Shown: positions 33,061 to 46,800 of the stretch, one piece after another
Layout: each line of letters starts with the position of its first letter
How positions within the stretch are numbered: position 1 is the stretch's first letter
Assembly: GCA_002633005.1 (NCBI GenBank)
Contig: NMRA01000181.1
Location: forward strand, 134,959-198,958
Length of the DNA stretch: 64,000 nt
From: Phoronis australis
Taxonomy: Eukaryota; Animalia; Phoronida
Reading direction: 5' to 3'
Translations under genes and position numbers: made by a program
The notes under the pieces: generated by a model
The model's database searches: none
What the model saw: the letters and a program-made list of their open reading frames with translations, nothing else
What the model was told of the DNA's origin: nothing

Positions 33061-35320
33061 TAAAATAAGGTATAATGTGTACCTATTTGCCAAAATCTGT
33101 GGTCGCATTTTCAAAATTCAGCTCGCATTCATAAATGCCAGGTCGCAAAAATTTCCCGCCAATTTTTCGCGCCAAAATAGCCTTTTTAGATCATCGAGAA
33201 AATGTTAGATTATGCTCTTGCCTGCGCCGTTTTATACTCACAAATTTCAGGTAGCAAACATGAGCTCTTACACGCAGGTACGGCGCTACTTTTCTTCCCA
33301 ACCGACTTTCAAAGGCTGTTGCTGTCGTTAAAGTTGAATCCCTGCTCTCTAACCGACAGGTGCATTCGAGTAGCTAAGTTTGCAATGTGAAAAGGGAGAA
33401 AATATTCGTTAAAAAAGCATTCGCGATTTTACTAGGTCTGACCTGCCTTAAGACTGTCACCAATGTCATTAAAGATCCAAACTAACTTTGAGTGCAAACT
33501 CCCTCCATGTTTTTCGCAGCCCAAACTTTGTAACTTAACTAGACGTTTGAAAAACATCCTGTCGAAAAATATCCATGAAACGTTGCCCTAGCCGAATGAC
33601 GTATGCAGTACGCGGGTACAAATCAGTGCAAATTTTACAACAAAATGCTGGACTTACGCTGTTTAAGTACTCAACAATTAGTTTTCCATGAAATGAAAAG
33701 CTACGAAATAATTTCCGAATCCGTACGGTTTCCATCGGGCAATGGATTTGTAATGTTGATTTCCCTAAAGCAATATTTTATATAATTTCGTATGACCAAT
33801 TCTGAGGTATGTGTGATGAAAGATTAATATTATAATAGAAATGCTATAATATTGTTGGTTTCCTGTGTAAATCACTACGGTGTGTAGTTGAAGTGATGTT
33901 AAAGACAACATGTTGACTACGTTATGAGAAAATCACAATAAAGTAGTACGTGTATTTTAATGTCTTAATCTTTTTCAATGTCACATAAAACTGGAGATCA
34001 TGAACTGAAGATGCACGGTGAAGTTAGGACCAAGACTACAAAACAGAAGAGACAAACACAAACGTACATTCAAGCCACACGGGTGCCACAAGTCATTCAC
34101 TTCATCTCTGTATCGATGTTATCAATAAGACATCAAATAAAATCCCACCCGTTTTATCAGCACATCAGTTTACACAACTTCCGATCCCAGACGTTCATGA
34201 GCGGGAATCTTTGAATCATCTCGAGAAGGGTGTTGTCGCACTCCTCTCTCTCCCCATGGGCAAGCTCATCGTCATTCTTTGACTTCATTGGCTATTTATT
34301 TTTTCCCTTTGCTGTCACAATTTTGCAAGAAGATTCATCTGCAGCAACAATTTGTTTACCCCTGGCTGACACGTCACATCGAACAACTCCTGGGTGAGTT
34401 TTTAGTTTAGAACCCCTTGTTCCCAGTGGTTTCGTCTAAATGTAGATTTCTGTATTTCAAAACCCTAGTAGGATGTACCTTCATGTCTTGGGTAACATGT
34501 TCGTTGAAGCTCGCCACACAATTACAGTGAATATGTTTCCTGAAATGAAAGTAATTTCATTTGTAAAAGTATCTATAACTAAAATAGTATGATTGATGTA
34601 CATGTAGTGCTCATGGCGATTTAATTGTAATATGCTATGGTGTTGTTTAGTTTTGATACGAATGTAACACAGTAATGAAGCAAAATGTGATTAATTCCTT
34701 GCACCACACTTATTTTGTAATCTTTTTTCACGTTTTATAAGTAAAAATTGCGTTATTGTTCGATACACCACGATGCGTTCCCGATCGCTTATTTTTGCGT
34801 TCTACCTGCCTTTCCGCAATGTGTTACGCCTTGAACTCATGTTTCTGTTTTCACATTGGAAGTAAAAACAACGAAAATTCATCAAATTTACTTACCTTGC
34901 CTGGCTTCGCTTTTCGCGCCAAAATTCGTTCTCGATCGCCTTCCGGGCGTTCTCAATCGCCCGTTGGCCGGGGTGCGTATGTCGCGCACGTATCCCCAGA
35001 AACAAGGAAAGAGTTTAAGAATTTCTTGGCGACTTAAAAACCACTTTGTTGAAATTAAACACGTGGCCGTCGTTTGGTGATTAATAGCGTAGTCATTTTC
35101 ACGTTTGCTGTCTTTTGCCATAAAAAAACGAGACGCACATCTCCAAGTTACTGTCGCCTGCCGGCGACTGCCTCGCTCGTTCCCTACGTGCCTATCCAGA
35201 ATGCTGGCTACTGACCACCTAGTGGCACGCAGGGAGCCAGCGAGCAAGGACTGCTTGCGCGGGACCGACCAGTGCTGCAGTGCGATACCAAGGATTTTGT
35301 CGTGGAAATTTGATAATTAA

Positions 35321-36346
35321 CAGTGGCGGATCTAGGATATCACAAGGGGGGGGCCCCATCATTTTGTCTGTAAGCCTTTGCGCAAAGCACGATTGTAGAT
35401 GCGCATAGCACCGAATGGGGGAGGTCGGTAGGGGGGTTCGCCCCCTCCCACCCAGGAAATTTTTCTGTTTTTTCATCTAAAATTCTAGCATTTTCCTTGA
35501 TTTCTGAAGTATTATCCAAGAAAAAAAGGCCAAAAAAGAAAACAAAACAAAAAAAAAAAAGAAACACGGAGAACAAGTCAAACAGGAAAAACTGCAATTA
35601 CCTCAGACTGGAACTCACGACCTGGCGGATAGAGCGCGCGTGCTTTACCACTACACCACCACGATTTAACTCCTAATTTGATTCTAAGAGACCTACTTGT
35701 TTATGGTCCACAGCGTTTGCGCGCGAAACCTACTTCTTTTTGTAATGCTTATTACATGTTTTATATTTTGTGAATCGGTTCGAAACAAATTTGTTGTATT
35801 TAAAATAGTCTTCAATTGTCCAAAAGACCAAATCAAATCCGTTTTTCGTATTGGCAATAATGACGGGATTGCTTTGGAAATCGTCTTAAGTTAAGGTTTG
35901 ACAAAGAGAGAATTATGAGTTTTTGAGTGATTCACTAAGGCTTCGATTAAAATTCACATCTTACCAGCAGCTTCTGTTTTTTCATCGTTACTCAGGTTCC
36001 ATTTTCTTTAAAAAATGAAGTAAGTTTCTTCATTGCACAGTGGAGCAGACGACGGAAATGGAGTCGTAGTGCGCAGCGCCACTGCCGGTCGCCTGGGATA
36101 TCGCGAGAGAGCCTATACTTAGCCCTAGTTCCGTTACGATTGCGCCGTGTTCCGAATTTGACACTTGAAATTGGATCTGAGCCATCCTCCCAACACTAAA
36201 ACTGCACACATTTAAATCTTGTTTCATATGTATATTGTTAATTACCGTGGTTAATTAATAAACTCAACATTTCCCTACGCTCTTGCTGTTTTACTTCTTT
36301 GCGGCAGCCAAGGGGGGGGGGGCTGACCCCCCTAAATCCGTCTATG
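35321..36346. mobile_element. Long hAT-like MITE in reverse orientation, carrying a tRNA-like cassette
   Basis: Ends CAGTGGCGGATCTAGGA and CCTAAATCCGTCTATG; internal sequence is the inverse of 43440-44015; flanks AATTAA / AATTAG are an imperfect TSD. Confidence 0.85.
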
Positions 36347-39300
36347 AATTAGGACATCTTACGTAAAAAGTAAATATGTTTTCCATCACAAAAATTAGCA
36401 AGTCGGTCGTCTAAGAACTAGTAGAAACATTGGTTTTTGGGACGTTTTGTCACGTGAAGGTATGACAGTTGAAAGAATAGGTCTTACGTGTATGAAGTTT
36501 GACATACACGCCAAGTTTTGGTTGCTAAGCTGTATTAATTTTCCCTAACATACCCATAATCCTGATTTGGTGGTTTTCTGTTCCCATTTCCTCCACGCAT
36601 GCTGAATAATTTCTCTCAAGCAGACGCCGCGTCTGGAGCATGCCTGCTTCTGCTATGAGCTTTACCGCACACTCCTCACAACAAACTTCCAATCAAAGCG
36701 AATGTTACTCATTGACAATGGTTTGGATGACTAAGTCAAATTACCAACATAATGATCCACTTGACACCTGAGAAGTAATAGGGATTCAGGAAGGATACGG
36801 TGCACGATTGTGATTATCTAATTTGCTTTTGTATATAATGTCAGTTCCATTATTTGAACTAGATGTACCAGTTTCACAGTTTTTTTGCCGTAATCTAACT
36901 TGTTTTCTAAAATTATCATATCTAAATTTCTAATTAGAATAACAAAAATGATTATTTTCATTTTAATGTTTCTCGTTTTGATCTATCACTCTTGAGTTAT
37001 TATTCAATATAATTAATTCGCTTGAAATAAACACCCGCTTTAGTTGATTTTTGTTGTCGAGTTTTTTTGAAAAGACGTCGTAGAGAGATCAGTCATAAAC
37101 AGTATCAAACCATAAAACTGGTTAGGCAATGTTATTGTTTTGTTCACAGTGGAAAGGTATGTATCAATGAGACCAGGTTCAGGCATTTGTAGAAATTTAA
37201 ATACCCGGCGTAACAAAATAACGCTTTGTAAACCCTCAACAGGAGGAATTTATAGTGGAAGCTTTGTGGGACAAGGAGATGATGACCGCCTTTTATAGAA
37301 GTAATGACAGTCGGACCATGTCTAACGGATGAACTTGTTCATTTGCTGGATTAAATTCCCAACGGTATGAAAAGCTGCATTTCTCCCCTTTTGCTGGCAA
37401 AAAATTTGAAAATCCAATTGCGATTTTACTCTAATAAGAATCGTTCTTACAATGTTCCTTACCATAACATCATTCAATTTCTGTTACCAGCAAGTACATC
37501 GAGATCGTCAGCGACTGAGGAGAACAGAATTGGGTTGCACCAGTGGTCAGGCAACCGCCTAAAATTTCGAATTTGAAATGGGGCATGCACGCATTGCCCG
37601 TGACTTCGAGTTCAATTAATAATGGAAATAGAATCCAATTACAGTAAGAATATTACGAGAGTAAAGCGCTCAATTTCGGCCCGTTTTCGCTTTAGCTAGT
37701 TGAAACACGGTAAATGCAACTTAAAGGGACCAGTGCTGTTTTGGCAATTAATTCTCCTACAGAAAGCCAGGTTTATAGACGCCTAGGTCCAGGCCATAAT
37801 ATTTTTACTTGAAATCGATCTCGAAATTATCTATTCCTCATCTTAGTGTATGTCAGTGAACTCAAAGTTGGACTATAAGCCTGTTTTACATTACAGAATG
37901 GTTTACATATACCATTAGTTTCCAGTTTAAATTGGCACTTGGTGACCCCTAGAATCGAGTTAGAAACCCGAGTAAAAACTTAAAATTTCGAGTAAAAATT
38001 CGAAATTTCGAGTTCACACTCTTTACGCAAGCCACTGACGTAGGCATGCGGAGCGTAATAGTCACTTGAGTGCGCAAAAGTTGAATATAAAATGCTAAGA
38101 ATAATCGAGTTCGATTTAGAGTAAAAATATGTTACAGTGGGCTCTAGATTTCCGCAGTGCTATGGTGCGCGGTTGGCGAGATGATCCCGCTTTACAAAAG
38201 TCCCGGCCGACGGTTGGCCGGTTGGCCTCTAGTCTTGCAGACGCTTTTAGCCGGGCTATATTTCCATTCCTGAAATTTGTATCGAAGCCAAAGTTGACTT
38301 AATGAGACTCAAAGAGCATAAGAAAAGACATTCACTGTTTTCAAAATTTACAAATACGCAGTAGATTTAGGGGACTCAGTTGAGTCTCCATGGGACTGTT
38401 TCATGCAACCCATCGGGCATCCATTGGCCTCGTTGAAATCCGTCTAAAGCTAAATCAGCTATTGCCAACGCACAAATAAATAACATTTTCATTATTAGTG
38501 CACACGTGTGAAAAATCCACTTGTGCTCTGTCGGTATTTTCTTTGTTGGTGGGTGTTCGTTTAATTCGTACTGTGGCATATTTGCAGCTCGTTCAGCTCG
38601 TTTTATATAAAATAATCTAGTAGTATAAGTAGTGTTCGGCTTAGATAGATACACGCTGCGACCACGGGACGGGAGCGTCTCCGTGTGCTTGAATTGTGCT
38701 TTCCTGTATTTGTAGCTCAGTTCAACACTTCTTCAACAGTTGTTTCTATTTGATTAATTTAAGAACATAGCAACAGTGTATTTATGATTAACAACCCATC
38801 CAGGATCGATCACTTTCCAGTTTTTGGTTCATAAACGGATGCTTAGCGACCTTATCTGTTACAATAAGCTTGTAGAAATCTATGCGATACAATGAGAAGC
38901 GGACAGTCCCAAACCAAACAGCTACGTATCAGGCTAATCAGGTGGTCCCACTCGAATTTCAAAAGTTTTTGTTTTGTTTGAGTCAAAATCCATCACACTA
39001 GTTTAAAATTCCATCCTTCCTCAACAACTCGGTTGGATTCAAAATGAGCTAGATAACAGATCAGATCCATTTACCACTATGTAGGAGCTTTGATAGCAGA
39101 AAAGAGAAATTAACCACGGAATTCACTGTGTCCAAAGTGGACTTGATTCTTCATTGAATTAATGCAGGCATCTTTAATTAATTGCTAGGCTTCAAGCACA
39201 GTCTTTCCACAATGTATGCTGCATTTAAAGACAGTAAGTTACAAATCTGCTCCTTGCATGTAGTTCTCATTAGATAATAGTGTGAGCACCAAATACAACT

Positions 39301-39868
39301 GGAATTAAACTCTCGCCATTGTTGCATGCTTATTCTTACTTATTTCAAAAACTAGTGTACACCACTTTGATCTTTCTGCTATCTCGTAGGACTGTTACCC
39401 ATCCACCATTCAATAACATATAATGCCAGTCATTAATAAGTCTTCAAAGTGACAGCAGCTACAGAAATTTCAATCATTGCTATTCTTATGCTAGCAAAGT
39501 GTTTCCTTTTGCATTGTGAGATGGAAAGTTGAAACTATAAAATTGATAAACTGGGCCAGTGCATGTATAGCCTTAATATCTGTCAGTGCCGGTGCACAAT
39601 GCATCCCTCTTCTCTGGCTCATCTTGACTCATGGGTGACTGACACTTCAGAAACTATGCATTTTGACAATGAAATTTAATCTAGGATGGTGCTAATATCG
39701 TTGTTTTATAGCATGACAATTCACCTTTTATTTAACTAAATTTCCTTTAAAAAATCTGGGACAGTTATTGCATGTAGTCTGCTTGATGCCACAAAGCTGT
39801 TTTTTGCTTTGACTAATGGCTTGCTTCCAACTTTCTTATCTACTGTGTTCTTTTGTTAGCTGTGAAGC

Positions 39869-39881
39869 ATGCCTGGCACAG
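39869..39881 (+). CDS. DPP3: Possible upstream coding micro-exon of DPP3
   Basis: ttttgttag acceptor (exon 39860-39881), ATG CCT GGC ACA G, gtaagt donor; in frame with acceptor 40795, giving MPGTGLN-MDKS. Confidence 0.45.
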
Positions 39882-40802
39882 GTAAGTTCAGTTTGTTATA
39901 ACACAGATATGATTAAGAACTTCTCAACTGAAACAACTAACCTCTCATTTGTTGTTATTCATTAACTTATTTCACATCTTCACTGATACATAAATTGGTA
40001 CACTTCATTGATAAGTGCTGTCCCTGACATAGTTTGGTACTAATGGAAGCTTCAAGGACCGTATTCTTCTTAGTTAACACCCCAGGATGCTTAAATTGAG
40101 GAATTAAAAAATCCAGGGTCGACATCAAGGGAGACATGAGGGATCTGTTTCATGAAGAGGGAGCAACTATTTCTGAAAAAAATTAAATCTCGTAAAGAGA
40201 AAAAATTTATAGTATGAGAATATGCACATAAATGCTAAGTAAGATGTTTTTTGATCAATTATTTCTGGACACTGGTTGTGTAACAATTACATAATTGTTA
40301 AACCTTTATTCAGTAACTGTGAAATGGGAGTGTAAGAGGAAATTTCTGGCTTAAGTCACTTTTCATGGAACAGACGCCATCTGTTAAACATGAAATTGTT
40401 GAGAAGTTGGGGACGGGCGCTTATCCAAATGGTCCATCATGTCAACGGTCACGGAGTTACATTCATGTAAGACTATACGCGGAAGAGTCTAATGGCAGAT
40501 GGATGGACGTATTGTAGCTGATATGTATTTGTGACCATGTGTTGCAAACTATGAGATCCATTTTGAACCATAAAGGTAATGCTTTTTTCAGTTTACGAAG
40601 TCTTCGCATGTTTTGTTTCTTTGCTAAAGTTAGAATGAAAATTCATAAAATACATTATAAACTAGTCTCCACTGAGTATAAAGGTGTGTGCAGTATCACT
40701 AGTGGCTTTTTACATTTATCTTAAAGTGTGACTTCTTACGAATCAAATTGGAATTATTGAAAATATGTTTGAATTTGATATGTTTTGTTTTCAGGCTTGA
40801 AT

Positions 40803-43800
40803 ATGGACAAGTCACTTTTTATCCTTCCCAATGATACAGATTGCGTTCTGCTGGAATGTAAAGCGGCCTTTGAGAGCTTGACTGAAAAAGAGCGTCTCTA
40901 TGCACACTATATGTCGCAAGCATCTTTTTATGGAAGCTTAATATGCTATGTGCAGGTTAGATCTCATGACATTGTATGCGAAGATGTTCATCGTGTGCAC
41001 ATGCAGTACTTGTTAAAAATGATTGGATACAATAAACAGAAACTCTCCCCCATGGCAGTTGTGTGCAAGCAGAATTCATTGTCAGGAGTTCCTGGAAACA
41101 CATGTGATGGTGATACGGAAATTTATCCTTTGGCATGTATTGTCATAATTCCAGGAGCTAGTCAATTTTTTGACATTTTCAAGGTTTTGAAAATAATATT
41201 GGAATTATATCTCAAAAAAGAAGCTTCGGATTATATTCCTTCTTTATCTAGGTGTAGGTGGCACAGCTGCAGGCCCCAGTCAATTTAGTGACCTTGACAT
41301 CATATTCAAGGTCACATGAAGTTTTGACTTTGGAAGAGAGATTCTGATTATGTTCATATTCTTCTAACCCAGGTGCTTTTGGGCAACGCCAGTACCAGAT
41401 AGCTTTGGTGATCTTTGAAATTAAGTTTTGACTTGGAGAAATTGTTATTGATGTGTTACCTCATGAAGGGTTAATATTTAGTCCCTCTTTTACAGTTGAC
41501 ATTTTTATCTGAAATGTGAAGGTAATCATTTTGATTTATTCCTGACAAAACAAACATATCCGTGGATCTGTTTGCTGCAAATGTTGGAAACTTATACACA
41601 TATTGTTTTATCATATGTTTAGACTAGAATTTTTGTAATTTTTAGTTTTGTGGTGAAATTTGACAAAATAGATTCACCTGTAGCCATTTTGTGTGATAAA
41701 TAAGATTGTAAACTGAAATCTAGGTGAACATGAAGGTAATTTTGATTTATTCCCATCAACATGAATGTTAGTTCCATGGTTTTGTTTGCTTCCTTTACAA
41801 AACCTGAGCTTAAACTTGTGCATCGTAATATTTTTCTTTGGAAAATTTGAAAGTCCACATTTCAATGACTTTTGTGCCAAGGATTTACAATTCTCTTTGT
41901 GTCTGTCACCAGACGTCACCAGAGTCCCCCGGCTTGTTTGTCCTACTCCAGAAGTTGTTTCGTGCGCAGTCTGTGGCTGATCTGAGAAAGTGCGCTGTTG
42001 ACGCCGGAGTCTCTGATGAGGAGTTCCAGGTTTGTTGTTCTGGGGAACCTGTGGCCTCGTCAAATGGTCATGTGCAGTGTATTTATGCAAATGCTCGACG
42101 TTCTTTCAATCCTGGTGTATTTTGCTTATTTTGCAGTTTTTAGTACGTTGCAGTTAATTAAATAATTTAGTACTGAACACTCTGTACACTCAATTAAATT
42201 GAATTTAAACCTTTAAGCCTATGTACCATCTAATATGCTTTGGTTCATTCACTTACAACTATGAAATTGGTCTCAACTAAATTCTATCTCGGATGAGGAG
42301 TGGTTTCAGAGTTAGTAAAGAAGTGACAGTTTGTTATTCATTGAGACAATGCTCAGCAAGTAAAATGACATGCCAGGATGAGTTAACATGGCTGCCTCGG
42401 GCAATAACAAACTGTCAGTACTTTTGAAGCCCTAAAGTCACCTCCAATTCAACTAAGGAATGATATAAGAGCATTTTCATTTTGGTAAGTGGTCTGAGTC
42501 ACAAGTTGGTTTTTGTTGTGGAGGGTAGGTTCATAGCTGCTTTAAAGTTTACAGTTCTAAGATTACGGATGTTCTGAGGTTTTTTAATTTTTGGAATTGC
42601 AGCCAAATTGCAGATAATCTTACTTAAAAACCATTCTAACTAACGAAACCTGACAACTGTTAAAAAGCTTTGAGTGATGAATTTCATTTAATTAGTGGCT
42701 GGAGAGTATTCAAGATTGTCGTTAATTTTGGTTTTATGTCTGATCTCTCATTAGTTTGAAATGTGTTTTCTAGGCATTCTGTGTGTATTGTGCGGGTGTC
42801 TATGCCAATTCAGGAAACTACAAGTCTTTTGGTGACAGCAAAATCATCCCGGGGCTTCCCCAGGTGGGTATCACACTTAAAATGGCAAATTTTTTATTTG
42901 TTGGTGAAGGACTGGTTTTACATTCTGTTAATATGCTGTTTAAACTAAACACAAGGTGCATATTCTTTGTATTATAAGAAGACTTGTGATATTAAGTTAA
43001 TTTTGCTTACTGGGAATGAGACTAAGAGTTATGCTAATGAAGGAACAGTGTAATTAAGTAGCAAAGAATCAAGATGCTGTGCTTCATATCATCTTTAATC
43101 AATATCATCACCAGGGATGTAGTCAGGACACTTATGCAATAAATATTTACAAAGATTAGAAAAACAATATCACTTAACACATAGGCGGATTTAGGGGGGG
43201 GGGGCCCAGGGGGCCCGGGCCCCCCTCCCCCCTTGGTTACCGCAAAAAAAATAAAACAGTAAGAGCGTAGGGAAATGGTGAGTATATTAATAAACCCCGG
43301 TAATTAAAATTATACGGTTGAAAAGAAGATTTAAATGTGTGCAGTTTTAGTGTNNNNNNNNNNNNNNNNNNNNNNNNNNNNNNNNNNNNNNNNNNNNNNN
43401 NNNNNNNNNNNNNNNNNNNNNNNNNNNNNNNNNNNNNAGTGAATCACTCAGAAACTCGCAATACTCTCTTTGTCAAACCTTATCTTAAGACGATTTCCAA
43501 AGCAATCCCGTCATTATTGCCAACACGAAAAACGGATTTGGTCTTTTGGGCATTTGAAGACTATTTTAAATACGACAAATTTGTTAACAATTGATGGCAC
43601 AAAATATAAAACGTGAAATAAGCATTACGAAAAGAAGTAGGTTTCGCGCGCAAACGCTGTGGACCATAAACAAGTAGGTCTTTTAGTATAACATTTGTAG
43701 TTAATCCTGGTGGTGTAGTGGTAACGCACGCGCTCTCTAAGCCCCAGGTCGTGAGTTCGAATCTTTGGTACGTTCAGTTTTTCCTGTTTGACACGTTCTC

Positions 43801-46800
43801 CGTGTTTTGTTTTTTTTCCTTTTTTTCTTGGATGATACTTCAGGAATCAAGGAAAATGCTTGATTTTTAGAGGTAAAAGCAGAGAAATTTCCCGACCTCC
43901 CCCCATTCGGTGCTACAGTGTATGCGCATCTACAATCGTGGTTTAGTTTGCGCAAATGCTTACAGCCGGACAAAATGTTGGCCCCCCCCCTTGTGATATC
44001 CTAGATCCGCCACTGTAACATCAAAGTGCATAATAATAATACGAAATATATTTATCCTGGTGATGTTTATCGCATTAGTATATTAGTACATTCAATTTAT
44101 TTTTCTGTCCCATAGTTTTGGGCTAATTCTCAAGATGGCCACCTGAGTGAGCAATTCCCACTAATTCAACAGATTCAAGCGCTTCCTAGTGGAAGCCAGT
44201 TTGCTTCACAGTGCTCTTCTAGAGGTGCTGCTGAGCTGTTGTGCTTCATTTGATCCATTCTTATATTGTTTGCATTTTCCAGATCAAGTTTGAAGCAATA
44301 ATCAAGTCTAGTGCAGCCTTTCAGTCAGATCCTGATGGAATGCTGTCTCTGTGGAATTCACTTGGAAGTGCCATGTACTCTTTAACTGCAAGGAATCAAC
44401 AACTTGGACTAGGCGACAATGTAAGTGCTTTCACCATTACGGCGTTTTTCTGTTGCTCTCAACTTGTTCAATTCTATAGCCCAACAGCAAGTTGGGAAGA
44501 TCACCCTTGTACCCAATATCTTACAAAACTGATTAACTCCATTCTGGCATTTATGGTTGGAGGGCCCATCTCTTTTTTGTTCGATAATTGCTCTAATCTC
44601 CAATCAGATCGTATCTAGCCTGACTGGGCTGTGCTGCTAAAAATGAAAGTTAAGTTATAACATATTTGAACATAAACCAATAGCATTTCTGAATTCATTG
44701 TCAAATGCTGATCATGTTTAGTTTTTGAATCACCAAAGTCGCCCAACTACAACAGAAGTTAAGACAATCCATTCTGCCAGGTTTCAGTAACCCTTTGAAG
44801 CCTGGGAGATAATTGGCCTGCCTGTTGTCATACAGGACAAAAAACTGTGCTGGGCAGTTAACAAAAGAGCTAGATGTTATCGCACGTTCAGAACCCCTCA
44901 CGTCTGGAAAGGTTGCTGAACGACAGAACGCCGTCATGCTTGATAGTTCAGTTCTAGAATAGTTGGCAAATAAAATCGGATCAATTGCTGAAGTTATGGT
45001 ACTGTTTCTCACTTTCGTGTTGTGGATAACACCTCAAAAATTTCCAAAATGAAAGGCCTTTTCATTATTAGTGCTTAGTGATAGAGAGAAACATGTCGTG
45101 GGCTAACTTGCACAATCAAGTCATATTTAAATACAACATCTGGTCATAAATTTGTTTAGCATTAGCTCTGTATTTCAATGACCTATTTAGAACTTGACTG
45201 CAATTCTTGATATGCTAAGTGTTAAAACTTATTTGATTTTTTGACTCTAACATGTCATTAATTGGGCTAAAGTCTACAGGAGGATCATTTGAAAACAGCA
45301 GTTTAACCAACTCAAACACTGAGAGTCAGTATTTTATCCTTTTATGTCATTAATGTTGATTACAGTAAAGTGTCTCCAATTTTGGAGAAGATAATTGCCA
45401 AAATTCCCTTTTTTCATTTTTCAATGTCTTCCACCATTCTTGTGAATATCGTTTTTCAAAATATTTTCTCTTGGTAGCTATAGTGCAGAACTTGAACATG
45501 GTAACGCATTGATTTGATGTTACATATCTTTTATAAAAAAGTAAAATTTCACTTGTCTGTCATGTTGTGTCCTGAGTGGTGTGATTATAACCTAGAGAAG
45601 TCATAAAAGGTCAACTGAAGCACGTGGGAAGACTAGGTAGCCCTGAGTGGTTGCTGACAGTCACAAGCTAACTGAGATGGGGGATATGTCTTGTAATTGA
45701 AGCAACCTCATACAATTACTGGTGGTCTTCACCACTGTCACTCTGCTTGCTTTCCTTGTCTCATGTTGACTGCATGTTTCAGGGCATCACCACATATTAC
45801 TCTGGCAACTGTGATCTCTCTGACGCTGAGCTAGCGCAGGAGTTTATGAGCCACAAGGTGGGTTGGGATTTACAAATTGATACATGTCGCTTATCGTGAA
45901 GACATTGTTGTCAGCATTTTCATTGCCTGGCACATGACTAGTACTTATGTGCCTATCAAGAATGTGTTAGGTGTGTTATTTTCATCAATTATAGTCATGA
46001 CTGAGTGACCTGGTGATGATGGGGTGTCTCAATCAAATTATAATAATTATGAATCGGCTTCTGTTTGGATTTACTATGTGTTCTGAGGGTACATCAAAAA
46101 GCTAATAATTAGTTAGAATGTAAACCATATACACTTGGGTACAGTACTTATCTTGAGTTTGTGCATAAGCAGTGTGGAAAATGTTAAAAGTGAAAATTTC
46201 GAATCCGATTTCGAATAAAAGGATGGGACCTCAGACACAGGTGTACCCTTTCAAGGAATGATAGGTGTGCAAATGAATTACATTTCTGTGTTTTAGAAAA
46301 TGGAAGCGTACAACACAAGACTGTTTAAGAAGTTCGACAGCGATGGGAAACCAGTTTATGAAATCTGTCTGGCTTCATCTGCTGGAACAGGTAAAAACAG
46401 CTATTTGGGTAATTTTGAGTTATCTGGAAGTCCTAGTGTATCAACTCTGTCTGGAGTTCTATCACAGAACCGCTCCAATCTTCTGCCTTATTGCTTTTGC
46501 TTCATGACATTATGAGCCTGTTCAGCCATCTTGAACCTCATTTTAAGAAGTACAACTGTTCTCTGCCAGTTCCTCCTGAAACCAGAAGTCACAATTAGTC
46601 GAAGGTTAGAATTTAAGATTGGTACATAATGGAGGAGCCACAGTTTGTAAACTGCATAAAAGTCTTTAAATTTTAAAAAGGGAATTTCCACTGATTCTCT
46701 TTTTTTGCCCAAAATGTGTTGAAGTTTTTCTGTGCCCAAATTTCCGTCTTTTTTGGTAAAAGACAGTAAATATTTTCATGCATTTCAGCCCTCTGTTGTA

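Larger units (their letters stand above)
43180..44015. mobile_element. Long hAT-like MITE with 5-bp TSD (TAACA) in DPP3 intron 3, carrying a tRNA-like cassette
   Basis: Same termini as 17519-17810; TAACA on both sides; spans an assembly gap. Confidence 0.85.

Noticed and set aside
34200-35250. Possible further THAP-like remnant with a gtaagt donor near 34890
   Set aside because: Zinc ligands not recognisable and no matching TIR pair found.
37721-38150. TTAA-AGGGACCAGTG, a Kolobok-like left end
   Set aside because: No convincing inverted right end.
40956-41288. ORF-track extension of the first DPP3 ORF and similar run-ons at other exons
   Set aside because: Read-through into introns past clear GT donors.
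43705-43772. Functional tRNA gene
   Set aside because: A and B boxes present but acceptor and anticodon stems do not pair, and it lies inside a MITE.
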